Shown: piece after piece, positions 28,296 through 38,051 of the stretch
Numbering within the stretch: the stretch's first letter is position 1
How the letters are laid out: each line of letters opens with the position of its first letter
Assembly: GCA_027081275.1 (NCBI GenBank)
Contig: JALWKV010000046.1
Coordinates: 2,315 to 66,314, forward strand
DNA from: Gammaproteobacteria bacterium
GTDB taxonomy: Bacteria; Pseudomonadota; Gammaproteobacteria; UWMA-0217
Direction: 5' to 3'
Length of the DNA stretch: 64,000 nucleotides
Translations under genes and position numbers: made by a program
The notes under the pieces: generated by a model
Told to the model about the DNA's origin: nothing
Database searches by the model: none
The model's input: only the letters and a program-made list of their open reading frames with translations

Positions 28296-29513
28296 ATGCG
28301 TCGAGTCGTCGTTACCGGAATCGGCATCGTTTCCTGTCTGGGCAATGACAAGGAAGCCGTCACCCAATCACTGTACGAAGCGAAGTCGGGCATCAGCTTC
28401 CAGCCCGACTACAAGGAGATCGGCATGCGCAGCCACGTTGCCGGCGTACCCGATATCGACTTCAAGTCGCTGATCGACCGCAAGCAGCTGCGTTTCATGG
28501 GCGACGCGGCCGCCTACGCCTATATCTCGATGGATCAGGCCATCGCCGACGCGGGACTCGAAGCGACCGACGTCTCCAACGAGCGCACCGGCATCATCGC
28601 CGGTTCGGGCGGCGCCTCGTCGTCCAGCCAGGTCGAGGCGGCCGACATCCTGCGCAGCAAGGGCATCCGTCGCGTCGGCCCCTATCGCGTCACGCAGACG
28701 ATGGCCAGCACCGTCTCCGCCTGTCTGGCCACGCCGTTCAAGATCAGGGGCGTCAACTACTCGATTTCGTCGGCCTGCTCCACCAGCGCCCATTGCATCG
28801 GCAACGCAACGGAACTGATCCAGTGGGGCAAGCAGGATATCGTCTTCGCCGGCGGCGGCGAGGAGGTGCACTGGACGCTCAGCTCGCTGTTCGACGCCAT
28901 GGGCGCGCTCTCCACCAAATACAACGAGACGCCGGAAAAGGCCTCGCGCGCCTACGACGCCGATCGCGACGGCTTCGTCATCGCCGGCGGCGGTGGCATG
29001 CTGGTGCTGGAAGAGCTCGAACACGCCCGCGCGCGCGGCGCGAAGATCTACGCCGAGGTCGTCGGCTACGGCGCCACTTCGGACGGCTACGACATGGTCG
29101 CGCCATCGGGCGAAGGTGCGGTGCGCTGCATGCGCCAGGCGCTGGCCACCGTCGACGGCCCGATCGACTACATCAATGCCCACGGCACCAGCACGCCAGT
29201 CGGCGATATTCGCGAGCTCGCCGCCGTACGCGAGACTTTTGGCGACGAAATCCCCATCATCGGCTCTACCAAATCGCTCTCGGGGCACTCCCTGGGCGCG
29301 GCCGGCGTGCAGGAAGCCATCTATTCGCTGCTGATGCAGCAGAAGGGCTTCATTGCCGAATCGGCCAATATCGAAAACCTCGACCCGGAAGCGGAAGGCG
29401 TTCCCATCGCCACCGAACGACACGACAACGTGACGCTGAACCGCGTCATGTCCAACAGTTTCGGCTTTGGCGGCACCAATGCCAGCGTCGTTTTCCAGCG
29501 TTTCGAGGATTGA
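28296..29513 (+). CDS. fabB: Beta-ketoacyl-ACP synthase I
   Basis: [33 protein letters not shown]. Confidence 0.96.
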   Translation: MRRVVVTGIGIVSCLGNDKEAVTQSLYEAKSGISFQPDYKEIGMRSHVAGVPDIDFKSLIDRKQLRFMGDAAAYAYISMDQAIADAGLEATDVSNERTGIIAGSGGASSSSQVEAADILRSKGIRRVGPYRVTQTMASTVSACLATPFKIRGVNYSISSACSTSAHCIGNATELIQWGKQDIVFAGGGEEVHWTLSSLFDAMGALSTKYNETPEKASRAYDADRDGFVIAGGGGMLVLEELEHARARGAKIYAEVVGYGATSDGYDMVAPSGEGAVRCMRQALATVDGPIDYINAHGTSTPVGDIRELAAVRETFGDEIPIIGSTKSLSGHSLGAAGVQEAIYSLLMQQKGFIAESANIENLDPEAEGVPIATERHDNVTLNRVMSNSFGFGGTNASVVFQRFED

Positions 29514-29618
29514 TCGGAGTCAAGAGCAACTGTGAACGATCTTGACATGGTTCACAAAGCCTCCGATGATCGAAAAACCTTGCACCACTTGCTTACCAAC
29601 TCTATTGGAGATTGAAAA

Positions 29619-30146
29619 ATGAAAAAGGCACTTCTGCGCACAGCGGTTACGACTGCACTGCTGGCGTTGGCGTCAACGGCTCACGCCGGTTTCTTCAACG
29701 ATGACGACGATCCGTGGGACGACAACGACTGGCCCGAATGGACGCCCATGTACTGGATGGAAGAGTTCATGGACGAGTGGGACGACGATGACGATGACTA
29801 CTATCGTTACGGTCCGCGCTGGGGTGGTCCCGGCTGGGGTGGCCCGCGCTGGGGCGGGGGTCCGGGCTTCGGCTGGGCGCCTTCGTTCAACGGCCCGTCC
29901 TTCGGCCCCTCGTTCGGCAGCGGCCCGCACTGGGGTCGTCCCGTACCGCCTCCGGGCTACCTCCCGCCGCGTGGCCCCGCCTACGGTCCCGGCCCGCGTC
30001 CCTACGGCCCGCCGCCGGTTGCACCCTATGGCGCACGTCCGGGCATGCCGATGCCGATGTACGGACCGGGCGGCATGATGCCGCCGGCACCAGCGCAGCA
30101 GCCGCAGCAACAGCAGGCTCCGGCACAGGCGCCGCAGGCGAAGTAA
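29619..30146 (+). CDS. Secreted low-complexity Asp/Trp then Gly/Pro/Tyr-rich protein (sulfur-globule-protein-like)
   Basis: GGAG SD, signal peptide ending AHA, WGGP repeats, terminator downstream; function inferred from composition only. Confidence 0.6.
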   Translation: MKKALLRTAVTTALLALASTAHAGFFNDDDDPWDDNDWPEWTPMYWMEEFMDEWDDDDDDYYRYGPRWGGPGWGGPRWGGGPGFGWAPSFNGPSFGPSFGSGPHWGRPVPPPGYLPPRGPAYGPGPRPYGPPPVAPYGARPGMPMPMYGPGGMMPPAPAQQPQQQQAPAQAPQAK

Positions 30147-30184
30147 AGAGTCAACAGATTACCCGTTCGGGTACTGTTTGCGGA

Positions 30185-30223
30185 AAAGAAAAGGGCGGAT
30201 GCTTTCGGGCATCCGCCCTTTTT
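30185..30223. terminator. Bidirectional intrinsic terminator
   Basis: AAAAGGGCGGATGC-TTTCGG-GCATCCGCCCTTTT between convergent genes. Confidence 0.9.
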
Positions 30224-30280
30224 CGTTACAGCCCGGGATATCACTTGGCCCGCTTGTGAAGCTGCCCATAACCGACTCCG

Positions 30281-33200
30281 TCAGTTATAGCGGACCGTCA
30301 CATTCCCCTCGCCGACCCACTGCTCCAGCCGCTTGAGGCATTCATCGGTCGGCGTCACCGCCCACTCCTGGGCCAACCGGATCTCGGCGCGCGCCTTGCC
30401 GTTGATGTAGTTGAGCACCACCGGGCAGCGGCCATCGCGATAGGGCATCAGCAGGCGCGATATCTCCACCGCGCCGCCATTGCCGGCGAGACGGGAACGA
30501 TCGACCCGCAGCTCCAGAAAACGGGCATAGCGCGAGCGGGCGTGCTCGATGTCGTAGAGTTCCCTGCAGCGCAGCCGAAACTGTCCGGAATAGTCGTCCC
30601 AGGCCAGCGAGCCGTCGACAACGAGAATCCGATCCTTCGTCAGCAGATCGGCGTATTTTTCGTACTCCTCACCGAAGAAACTCACCTCGATACGTCCGGA
30701 ACGGTCGTCCAGCGTGACGAAGGCCATCTTGCCGCGGCGTCCGTTGCGCACGCGGATCTCGATGACCAATCCGGCGACGACCACCTGTTTCTCGGCGCCG
30801 CGCCGTCCCTGGGTGGCGTTGTCGAGGTTGAGGTCGGCAATGCGACAGCTGGTGAAGATCTTCAGCTCGTCGAGGTAACGGTTGATCGGGTGGCCGGTCA
30901 GATAGAGTCCCAGCGTCTCCTTCTCATGCTTGAGCCGGTGCATCTCGTCCCACTCCGGCAGCGCCTCGCGCTCGGCATCCTCGACAGTGATGGCCGGGCC
31001 GCCGAAAAGATCGCTCTGCCCCGCCGCGAGATCGCGGTGATGCTGCTCGGCCCGTTGCAGCGCGTCGTCCAGCCAGGCCATCGCGCTGGCGCGGCTCGGC
31101 GTGATGCTGTCGAGCGCGCCGGCGCGGATCAGCGCCTCCAGCACGCGCCGGTTGGTCTTCTGCGTGTTGACGCGGCGGCAGAGATCGTCGAGCGACTGGT
31201 AGGGACCGTTGGCCTCGCGCTCCTCGATCAGGTTCTCGATGGCGCCCTCGCCGACGCCCTTGAGGGCGCCGAGGCCGTAGACGATCGAGCCGTCCGGCAG
31301 CGACGAGAACTTGTAGCGCGAGCGGTTGATGTCAGGCGGAATGACGGTGATGCCCAGATCGTTGCAGTCATCGATCAGCGTCACCACCTTGTCGGTATTG
31401 TCCATGTCCGCCGACAGCACCGACGACATGAACTCGGCCGGATGGTGCTTCTTCAGCCAGGCCGTCTGGTAGGAGAGCAGCGCATAGGCGGCCGAGTGCG
31501 ACTTGTTGAAGCCGTAACCAGCGAACTTCTCCATCAGGTCGAAGATGTAGGTGGCGACATGCTCGTCGACTCCCCGCTCCACCGCGCCGGTGGTGAAGAT
31601 GGCGCGCTGCTTCTCCATCTCCTCCGGCTTCTTCTTGCCCATCGCCCGGCGCAGCATGTCGGCGCCGCCCAGCGTGTAGCCGGCCAGCACCTGGGCGATC
31701 TGCATCACCTGCTCCTGATAGAGGATAACGCCGTAGGTGGGCTTGAGAATCGGCTCCAGATCGGGATGGGGATACTCCACCTTCTGCCGCCCGTGCTTGC
31801 GGTCGATGAAGTCCTCCACCATCCCCGACTGCAGCGGCCCCGGCCGGAACAGCGCCACCAGCGCGACGATGTCCTCGAACACGTCCGGCTGCAGACGCTT
31901 GATCAGATCCTTCATGCCGCGCGATTCGAGCTGGAACACGGCCGTCGTCTGCTGCGCCTTGAGCAGCTCGAAGGTGCCGGGATCGTCGAGCGGAATGCGC
32001 GAGATGTCGAGTTTGTCCTCGTCCGGGCCGCGATGCTCGTTGACCGCTTTGACCGCCCAGTCGATGATCGTCAGCGTGCGCAGGCCGAGAAAGTCGAACT
32101 TGACCAGCCCCACGGCCTCGACGTCGTCCTTGTCGAACTGGGTGACCAGATTGCTGCCATCGGCCTCGCAGTAGAGCGCGGAGAAGTCGGTCAGCTTCGT
32201 CGGTGCGATGACGACGCCCCCGGCGTGCTTGCCGGCATTGCGCGAGATGCCCTCCAGCTTCATCGCCAGATCGATCAGCGCGCGCACCTCCTCGTCCTCG
32301 TCGTAGAGCTTCTTCAGATCCTCCGACGCCTCCAGCGCCTTTGTCAGCGTCATGCCGATCTCGAACGGCACCGCCTTGGCGATGCGATCGACGAAGCCGT
32401 AGGGATGGTCGAGCACCCGGCCGACATCGCGCACCACCGCCTTGGCCGCCATCGAGCCGTAGGTGATGATCTGCGAGACCTTGTCGCGGCCATACTTGCG
32501 CGCGACGTAGGCGATGACCTCATCGCGGTTGTCCATGCAGAAATCGACGTCGAAGTCCGGCATCGACACCCGCTCTGGGTTGAGAAAGCGCTCGAACAGC
32601 AGATCGTAGGCGAGCGGGTCGAGATCCGTGATCTTCAGCGCGTAGGCCACCAGCGAGCCAGCGCCGGAGCCCCGCCCCGGCCCCACCGGGATGTCGTTGT
32701 CCTTGGCCCACTGGATAAAGTCGGCCACGATCAGAAAGTAGCCGGGAAAGCCCATCTGGTTGATGACGCCCAGCTCCGTCTCCAGCCGCTCGTGGTAGGC
32801 GCGGGCACGCTCCTCGCGGTTGTCGCAGCCCTCTGGCAGCAGCACCTTCAGCCGCTCCTCCAGCCCGGCGCGGGAAACCTCGCAGAAGTACTCCTCGGTG
32901 GTCTGGCCGGCGGGGATCGGAAAATCGGGCAGCACCGGCTTGCCCAGATCGAGCGTCACCGCGCAGCGCCGAGCGATCTCGACGCTGTTCTCGAGCGCCT
33001 CCGGAATGTCGGCGAACAGCTCGGCCATCTCCTCGGCGCTGCGCAGATACTGCGCCGCCGTGTACTTGCGCGGACGGCGGCTGTCGCTGAGGGTATGGCC
33101 GCCGTGAATGCAGACCCGCGCCTCATGGGCATCGAAGTCCTCCGGCGAGAGGAAACGGACATCGTTGGTCGCCACCACCGGCACGCCCTCGCGCGCCGCC

Positions 33201-33775
33201 AGCTCGACCGCCGACTTGATGTAGGCCTGCTCGCCGGGCCGCCCGACGCGCTGCAATTCGAGATAGAAGCGGTCGGGAAACAGCGCCCGCCACGCGGCCA
33301 GCTCGGCGGTCGCCTCATCGAGATCGCCCCGTCGCAGCGACTCCCAGAGCTGCCCCTCGAAGCCGCCCGACAGCGCCAGCAGGCCATCGCAGTGCCCCTC
33401 CAGCCACGATCGCGGCATCCCCGGCACGCCGCCGACCTGCCCCTCCTGATAGCTGCGCGAGACCAGCTCGATCATGTTGCGGTAGCCCTGCCGGTTCTGC
33501 GCCAGCAGCACCAGACGGCTCGCCTGCGAAGCGTCCTGCTCGTCGCGAATCCAGACATCGACGCCGAAGATCGGCTGGATGCCCTTGGCCAGCGCGGCGC
33601 GATAGAACTTGACGGTGGCGAAGAGGTTGCTCTGGTCGGTTAGCGCCACCGCCGGCATGCCATCGGTGGCGATCGCCTCCATCAGCGGCTTGATGCGGAC
33701 GATGCCGTCGACCAGCGAGAATTCGGTGTGGAGGCGGAGGTGAACGAAACTCAGCACAGTCGTATTTTGTCCCAT
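30281..33775 (-). CDS. dnaE: DNA polymerase III alpha subunit
   Basis: FVHLRLHTEFS, GPGRGSGAGS, RVSMPDFDVDF, YGFNKSH. Confidence 0.98.
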   Translation of the reverse strand: MGQNTTVLSFVHLRLHTEFSLVDGIVRIKPLMEAIATDGMPAVALTDQSNLFATVKFYRAALAKGIQPIFGVDVWIRDEQDASQASRLVLLAQNRQGYRNMIELVSRSYQEGQVGGVPGMPRSWLEGHCDGLLALSGGFEGQLWESLRRGDLDEATAELAAWRALFPDRFYLELQRVGRPGEQAYIKSAVELAAREGVPVVATNDVRFLSPEDFDAHEARVCIHGGHTLSDSRRPRKYTAAQYLRSAEEMAELFADIPEALENSVEIARRCAVTLDLGKPVLPDFPIPAGQTTEEYFCEVSRAGLEERLKVLLPEGCDNREERARAYHERLETELGVINQMGFPGYFLIVADFIQWAKDNDIPVGPGRGSGAGSLVAYALKITDLDPLAYDLLFERFLNPERVSMPDFDVDFCMDNRDEVIAYVARKYGRDKVSQIITYGSMAAKAVVRDVGRVLDHPYGFVDRIAKAVPFEIGMTLTKALEASEDLKKLYDEDEEVRALIDLAMKLEGISRNAGKHAGGVVIAPTKLTDFSALYCEADGSNLVTQFDKDDVEAVGLVKFDFLGLRTLTIIDWAVKAVNEHRGPDEDKLDISRIPLDDPGTFELLKAQQTTAVFQLESRGMKDLIKRLQPDVFEDIVALVALFRPGPLQSGMVEDFIDRKHGRQKVEYPHPDLEPILKPTYGVILYQEQVMQIAQVLAGYTLGGADMLRRAMGKKKPEEMEKQRAIFTTGAVERGVDEHVATYIFDLMEKFAGYGFNKSHSAAYALLSYQTAWLKKHHPAEFMSSVLSADMDNTDKVVTLIDDCNDLGITVIPPDINRSRYKFSSLPDGSIVYGLGALKGVGEGAIENLIEEREANGPYQSLDDLCRRVNTQKTNRRVLEALIRAGALDSITPSRASAMAWLDDALQRAEQHHRDLAAGQSDLFGGPAITVEDAEREALPEWDEMHRLKHEKETLGLYLTGHPINRYLDELKIFTSCRIADLNLDNATQGRRGAEKQVVVAGLVIEIRVRNGRRGKMAFVTLDDRSGRIEVSFFGEEYEKYADLLTKDRILVVDGSLAWDDYSGQFRLRCRELYDIEHARSRYARFLELRVDRSRLAGNGGAVEISRLLMPYRDGRCPVVLNYINGKARAEIRLAQEWAVTPTDECLKRLEQWVGEGNVTVRYN

Positions 33776-33882
33776 ATCTGCGTTATTTTCGTGCTCGCTC
33801 GGTTACATACTGCGTGTATGCGCCCTCGCTGCGCGCGAAAATGCCTTGATCTGAAACAAAATCCAACCATGCTGAGCAGTTA
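33750..33882 (-). mobile_element. MITE family A, copy 3, truncated and overlapping the dnaE 5' end
   Basis: Nearly identical to 26487-26626; its end runs directly into codons CTG AGT TTC GTT CAC. Confidence 0.88.
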
Positions 33883-33888
33883 ATGTGG

Positions 33889-34515
33889 TCAGTCATCGGC
33901 GATCAGCTCGGCGACGGGACGAAAACTGCGGCGGTGATGCGGGGTCACGCCGAGGCGCCGCAACGATTCACGGTGCTGCGCCGTGGGATAGCCCTTGTGC
34001 TGCTCGAAGCCGTAGCCGGGATATTCCTCGGCCAGCGCCACCATCTCGCGGTCGCGTGTGACCTTGGCGAGAATCGACGCGGCGCAGATCTGGGCCACGT
34101 GGCTGTCGCCCTTGACGATGCAGGTCATCTCCAGCGTCAGCTCGGGGCAGCGATTGCCGTCCACCAGCACGCGGTCCGGCGTCACCTCCAGCGCCTCGAC
34201 GGCGCGGCGCATCGACAGCAGCGAGGCGTTGAGGATGTTGAGGCGGTCGATCTCGGCGACCTCGGCGCGACCGACGGCCCAGCTCAGCGCGCACTCGCGG
34301 ATGTGGTCGCAGAGCTGCTCGCGGCGGCTCTCGCTCAGCTTCTTCGAATCGGCCAGCCCTTCGATGGGGGCGCGATGGTCGAGAATGACAGCCGCCGAGA
34401 TCACCGGCCCCGCCAGCGGACCGCGCCCTACCTCGTCGACGCCGGCGTGGAGCACGCCGGCAGCCTGTTCGCGCTGCAATCGACGCAGCAACGCCTGCTG
34501 CTCGTTCAATGTCAT
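33889..34515 (-). CDS. rnhB: Ribonuclease HII
   Basis: [37 protein letters not shown]. Confidence 0.97.
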   Translation of the reverse strand: MTLNEQQALLRRLQREQAAGVLHAGVDEVGRGPLAGPVISAAVILDHRAPIEGLADSKKLSESRREQLCDHIRECALSWAVGRAEVAEIDRLNILNASLLSMRRAVEALEVTPDRVLVDGNRCPELTLEMTCIVKGDSHVAQICAASILAKVTRDREMVALAEEYPGYGFEQHKGYPTAQHRESLRRLGVTPHHRRSFRPVAELIADD

Positions 34516-34536
34516 CGGGGCCCACCATGAGTTTAT

Positions 34537-34697
34537 GGAACCTCTGAACAATTCATCCCTGAATTGTCAGAGGACGAAAAACGAAAAGTGCGATTTTCGT
34601 TTTTCTCACAGAATCAATCGCTTGACGCGATTGATTCTGGCGGTACCTCCTTGTACCGCAGGAAGGTCTGGTCTGATCAAATCAGACCAGACCTTCC
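34537..34697 (+). mobile_element. MITE family B, copy 3 (TTAT target duplication, extended right hairpin)
   Basis: TTAT at 34533-36 and 34698-701; 161 bp. Confidence 0.88.
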
Positions 34698-34881
34698 TTA
34701 TGACGTGGAGCCGGATTCGACGATCCGGCAGCTGCCAGTGGGGAATCATTATAGAGGTTCCGACTCAAAGCAGAAGCCGTGACCGGGATGGCCTCGCGCC
34801 GCCATTCAGCGGCCCCGATTTCAGCTACCCCGTCACATTATGATATTCTGCGCGCAGTTTTCATCAGTCGCTGGAGCCCGC

Positions 34882-35226
34882 ATGAGCACCGAAACCACCC
34901 CCTCAGGCCTCGTCATCGAAACCCTCCGGGAGGGTCAGGGCGAGACCGCCGCGGCCGGCCATCGCGTCACCGTGCACTACACCGGCTGGCTCGAGGATGG
35001 CAGCAAGTTCGACTCCAGCGTCGACCGCAATTCGCCGTTCCAGTTCAACCTCGGCGCGGGCCAGGTCATTCGCGGCTGGGACGAGGGCGTGGCGGGCATG
35101 AAACCTGGCGAGAAGCGCAAGCTGACGATTCCCGCCGAGCTGGGTTATGGCGCCCAAGGCGCTGGCGGCGTCATCCCGCCCAACGCCACACTGATTTTCG
35201 AAGTGGAACTGCTCTCGATCGACTGA
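34882..35226 (+). CDS. FKBP-type peptidyl-prolyl isomerase
   Basis: [33 protein letters not shown]. Confidence 0.95.
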   Translation: MSTETTPSGLVIETLREGQGETAAAGHRVTVHYTGWLEDGSKFDSSVDRNSPFQFNLGAGQVIRGWDEGVAGMKPGEKRKLTIPAELGYGAQGAGGVIPPNATLIFEVELLSID

Positions 35227-35278
35227 CAGGCATCCATACTATTCGACCAAACAAGATATTTGTAGCGGGGGAAAATCC

Positions 35279-35944
35279 TTGAATCTCGAGTCCGTACAAA
35301 AAACATACAAACGCTACGCACCCCAGTATGACCTGCTGTTCGGCGCCATCTTCCACCCCGGCCGCAAGGCGGTCATCGAGGATCTGGAATGCCGGCCCGG
35401 CGAGGCCGTGCTCGAAGTCGGCGTCGGCACCGGCCTGTCGCTGCCGCTGTATGACAGGTCGGTCAGGGTGACGGGTATCGACATCTCGGAGCACATGCTG
35501 GAGGTCGCCCGCAAGCGCAAGGCCCGCCTTGGGCTCGACAACGTCGATCTGCACGTCATGAACGCGCAGGAGATGACATTCCCGGATGACAGCTTCGACA
35601 AGGTGGTGGCCATGTACGTCGCCTCGGTCGTGCCGGATCCGGTCGCGCTGGTCGAGGAGATGCGTCGCGTCTGCAAGCCGGATGGCCAGCTGATCTTCGT
35701 CAACCACTTCAACAGCAACAATCCGGTCATCAGCCGCATCGAAAAGTGGCTGGAGCCACTGGCCAACACGCTGGGCTTCCACCCCGGTTTCAGCATGGAC
35801 GAATTCCTCGCCCGCACCGGCTTGCAGCCGCAGCAGACCATTCCGGTCAACCTGTTCGGCTACTGGCAACTGCTGCGCGCCAGCAACGACAAGCCGGCGC
35901 GAAGCGAAGCGATGACCGAACAAGACATCGCTGTCGCCGTCTGA
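35279..35944 (+). CDS. SAM-dependent methyltransferase, PmtA-like phospholipid N-methyltransferase
   Basis: VLEVGVGTGLSL, MYVASVVPDP, VNHF. Confidence 0.8.
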   Translation: MNLESVQKTYKRYAPQYDLLFGAIFHPGRKAVIEDLECRPGEAVLEVGVGTGLSLPLYDRSVRVTGIDISEHMLEVARKRKARLGLDNVDLHVMNAQEMTFPDDSFDKVVAMYVASVVPDPVALVEEMRRVCKPDGQLIFVNHFNSNNPVISRIEKWLEPLANTLGFHPGFSMDEFLARTGLQPQQTIPVNLFGYWQLLRASNDKPARSEAMTEQDIAVAV

Positions 35945-35972
35945 GCGTTCGCCATCCGACACGGACGCTGAC

Positions 35973-36917
35973 ATGACGATTCGCTGTGCCGTGATCGGCG
36001 TTGGCTACCTCGGCAAATTCCACGCCCAGAAATACGCCGCGCTCGACGATGCCGAGCTGGTCGCCGTCGTCGATCCCAACGTCGAGGCGGGCGAATCGCT
36101 CGCCGCCGAGCTGGGCTGCCGGCATCATCGCTCGCACCAGGAGATTCTCGACGAAGTCGACGCCGTCAGCATCGTCGCGCCGACGACATTGCATCACCGC
36201 ATCGCCGCCAGCTGTCTCGAACGCGGCATCCACGTTCTTCTCGAAAAGCCGATCACCACGACCGTCGCCGAGGCCGACGTGCTGCTGACGCTGGCGGCAA
36301 AGCACGACGCCGTGCTGCAGGTCGGGCATCTGGAGCGCTTCAACCCGGCCATCATGGCGCTCGGTGAGCGGCTGGGCGAACAGGTCCGCTTCATCGAGGC
36401 GCACCGGCTGGCGCCGTTCAAGCCGCGCGCCACCGATGTCAGCGTGATGCTCGATCTGATGATCCACGATATCGACATCATCCTGAACCTGGTCAAGTCG
36501 GAAGTTACCGACATCCGCGCCAGCGGCGCCTCGGTGCTCTCCGATTCAGTGGATATCGCCAATGCCCGGCTGGAGTTCGCCAGCGGCTGCGTCGCTAATG
36601 TCACCGCCAGCCGGATCAGCCAGAAATCGGAACGCAAGATGCGCCTGTTCCAGCACAACCAGTATCTCAACGTCGATTTTCAGGAGAAGCGGCTGGACAT
36701 CTACTCCCGCGGCGAGGGCGAGATGTTTCCCGGCGTGCCACAGATCAGCCACGAGTTCGTCGAGGGCGGCGAGTCCGACGCCCTGCTGCTGGAGATCCGC
36801 GATTTTCTCGGCGCCATCCGCGGCGGCCATGCGCCGGTCGTGACCGGGGAGGACGGACGCCGCGCGCTGGATACCGCCATTCGCATCAGCCGGCTGGTGG
36901 AAAACACCCGCTTGTAA
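35973..36917 (+). CDS. gnnA: Gfo/Idh/MocA oxidoreductase, probable UDP-GlcNAc 3-dehydrogenase
   Basis: GVGYLG, EKP, GHLERFNP, DLMIHDID; adjacent to DegT aminotransferase and lpxB. Confidence 0.8.
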   Translation: MTIRCAVIGVGYLGKFHAQKYAALDDAELVAVVDPNVEAGESLAAELGCRHHRSHQEILDEVDAVSIVAPTTLHHRIAASCLERGIHVLLEKPITTTVAEADVLLTLAAKHDAVLQVGHLERFNPAIMALGERLGEQVRFIEAHRLAPFKPRATDVSVMLDLMIHDIDIILNLVKSEVTDIRASGASVLSDSVDIANARLEFASGCVANVTASRISQKSERKMRLFQHNQYLNVDFQEKRLDIYSRGEGEMFPGVPQISHEFVEGGESDALLLEIRDFLGAIRGGHAPVVTGEDGRRALDTAIRISRLVENTRL

Positions 36918-36955
36918 CCCGTCGCCCCAACGCCATCCTCAGGAAAAGAACGACG

Positions 36956-38050
36956 ATGATCCCAATGGTTGACCTGAAGCTGCAATACCACCAGCTTCAA
37001 TCCGAAATCGACGCCGCCGTGGCCGAGGTGCTGGAGAGCACCGCTTTCATTCTCGGCCCCAATGTCCGCAGCTTCGAGGAAGAGGCGGCGAGCTATCTCG
37101 GCGTCGAGTACGCCGTTGGCTGCGCCTCGGGCACCGATGCACTGCATCTGGCCCTGCTCGCCGCCGGCATCGGGCCGGGCGACGAGGTCATCACCTCGGC
37201 CTTCACCTTCATCGCCACCGCCGAGGCGATCGCCTATGTCGGCGCGACACCGGTGTTCGTCGATATCGACGAACGGACGATGAACCTCGATCTCGAAGCA
37301 GTCGCCAGGGCCATCGGCAAGAAGACCCGGGCCGTGCTGCCGGTACATCTGTTCGGCCAGCCGGTGGACATGGCGGAGCTGACGATGCTGGCGGAGAAAC
37401 ACGGCCTGACCATCGTCGAGGACTGCGCCCAATCCTTCGGCGCCGACATCGCCGGCCGGCAGACCGGCAGCTTCGGCATCGCCGGCTGCTTCAGCTTCTT
37501 TCCCAGCAAGAACCTCGGCTGCTACGGCGACGGCGGCCTGATCACGACCAGTTCCGAGCGCATCCGCGATCACCTGTTGAGCCTGCGCAACCACGGCAGC
37601 TCGCAGCGCTACCACCATCAGGAGATCGGCTACAACAGCCGGCTCGACGAGATCCAGGCCGCGATCCTGCGGGTCAAGCTGCGTCATATCGATCGTTTCA
37701 ACCAGGAGCGCCGCCGCGTCGCCCACCGTTACAATGAACTGCTCGCCGACACCGGCATCACGACGCCGTTCGAGGACGGCATCGGCACGCATGTATTCCA
37801 CCAGTACACGCTGCGCTCTCCCCGTCGCGACGCCATCATGAAGGCGCTGCAGGCGCGCGAGATCGCCTGCGCCATCTACTATCCGGTGCCGCTGCATCGG
37901 CAGGAGGTCTTCGCCGACGTCTGCGAGAACGTCAGCCTGCCGGTCACCGAGGCCGTCGCCGCCGACTGCTTCTCGCTGCCGATCTATCCCGAAATGAGCG
38001 ACGAGCAGATCGTCACCGTCACGGACACGATCCGCAGCGCATTGGACTGA
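36956..38050 (+). CDS. gnnB: DegT/DnrJ aminotransferase, probable GnnB
   Basis: SGTDAL, EDCAQ, SFFPSKNLG, NSRLDEIQAA; context. Confidence 0.8.
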   Translation: MIPMVDLKLQYHQLQSEIDAAVAEVLESTAFILGPNVRSFEEEAASYLGVEYAVGCASGTDALHLALLAAGIGPGDEVITSAFTFIATAEAIAYVGATPVFVDIDERTMNLDLEAVARAIGKKTRAVLPVHLFGQPVDMAELTMLAEKHGLTIVEDCAQSFGADIAGRQTGSFGIAGCFSFFPSKNLGCYGDGGLITTSSERIRDHLLSLRNHGSSQRYHHQEIGYNSRLDEIQAAILRVKLRHIDRFNQERRRVAHRYNELLADTGITTPFEDGIGTHVFHQYTLRSPRRDAIMKALQAREIACAIYYPVPLHRQEVFADVCENVSLPVTEAVAADCFSLPIYPEMSDEQIVTVTDTIRSALD

Positions 38051-38051
38051 G

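Noticed and set aside
30542..33643. Very long antisense ORFs (1033 aa opposite dnaE; similar ones opposite the MMPL, exeA, bcsA and AOR genes)
   Set aside because: Expected shadow frames from high-GC codon bias; no recognisable motifs.
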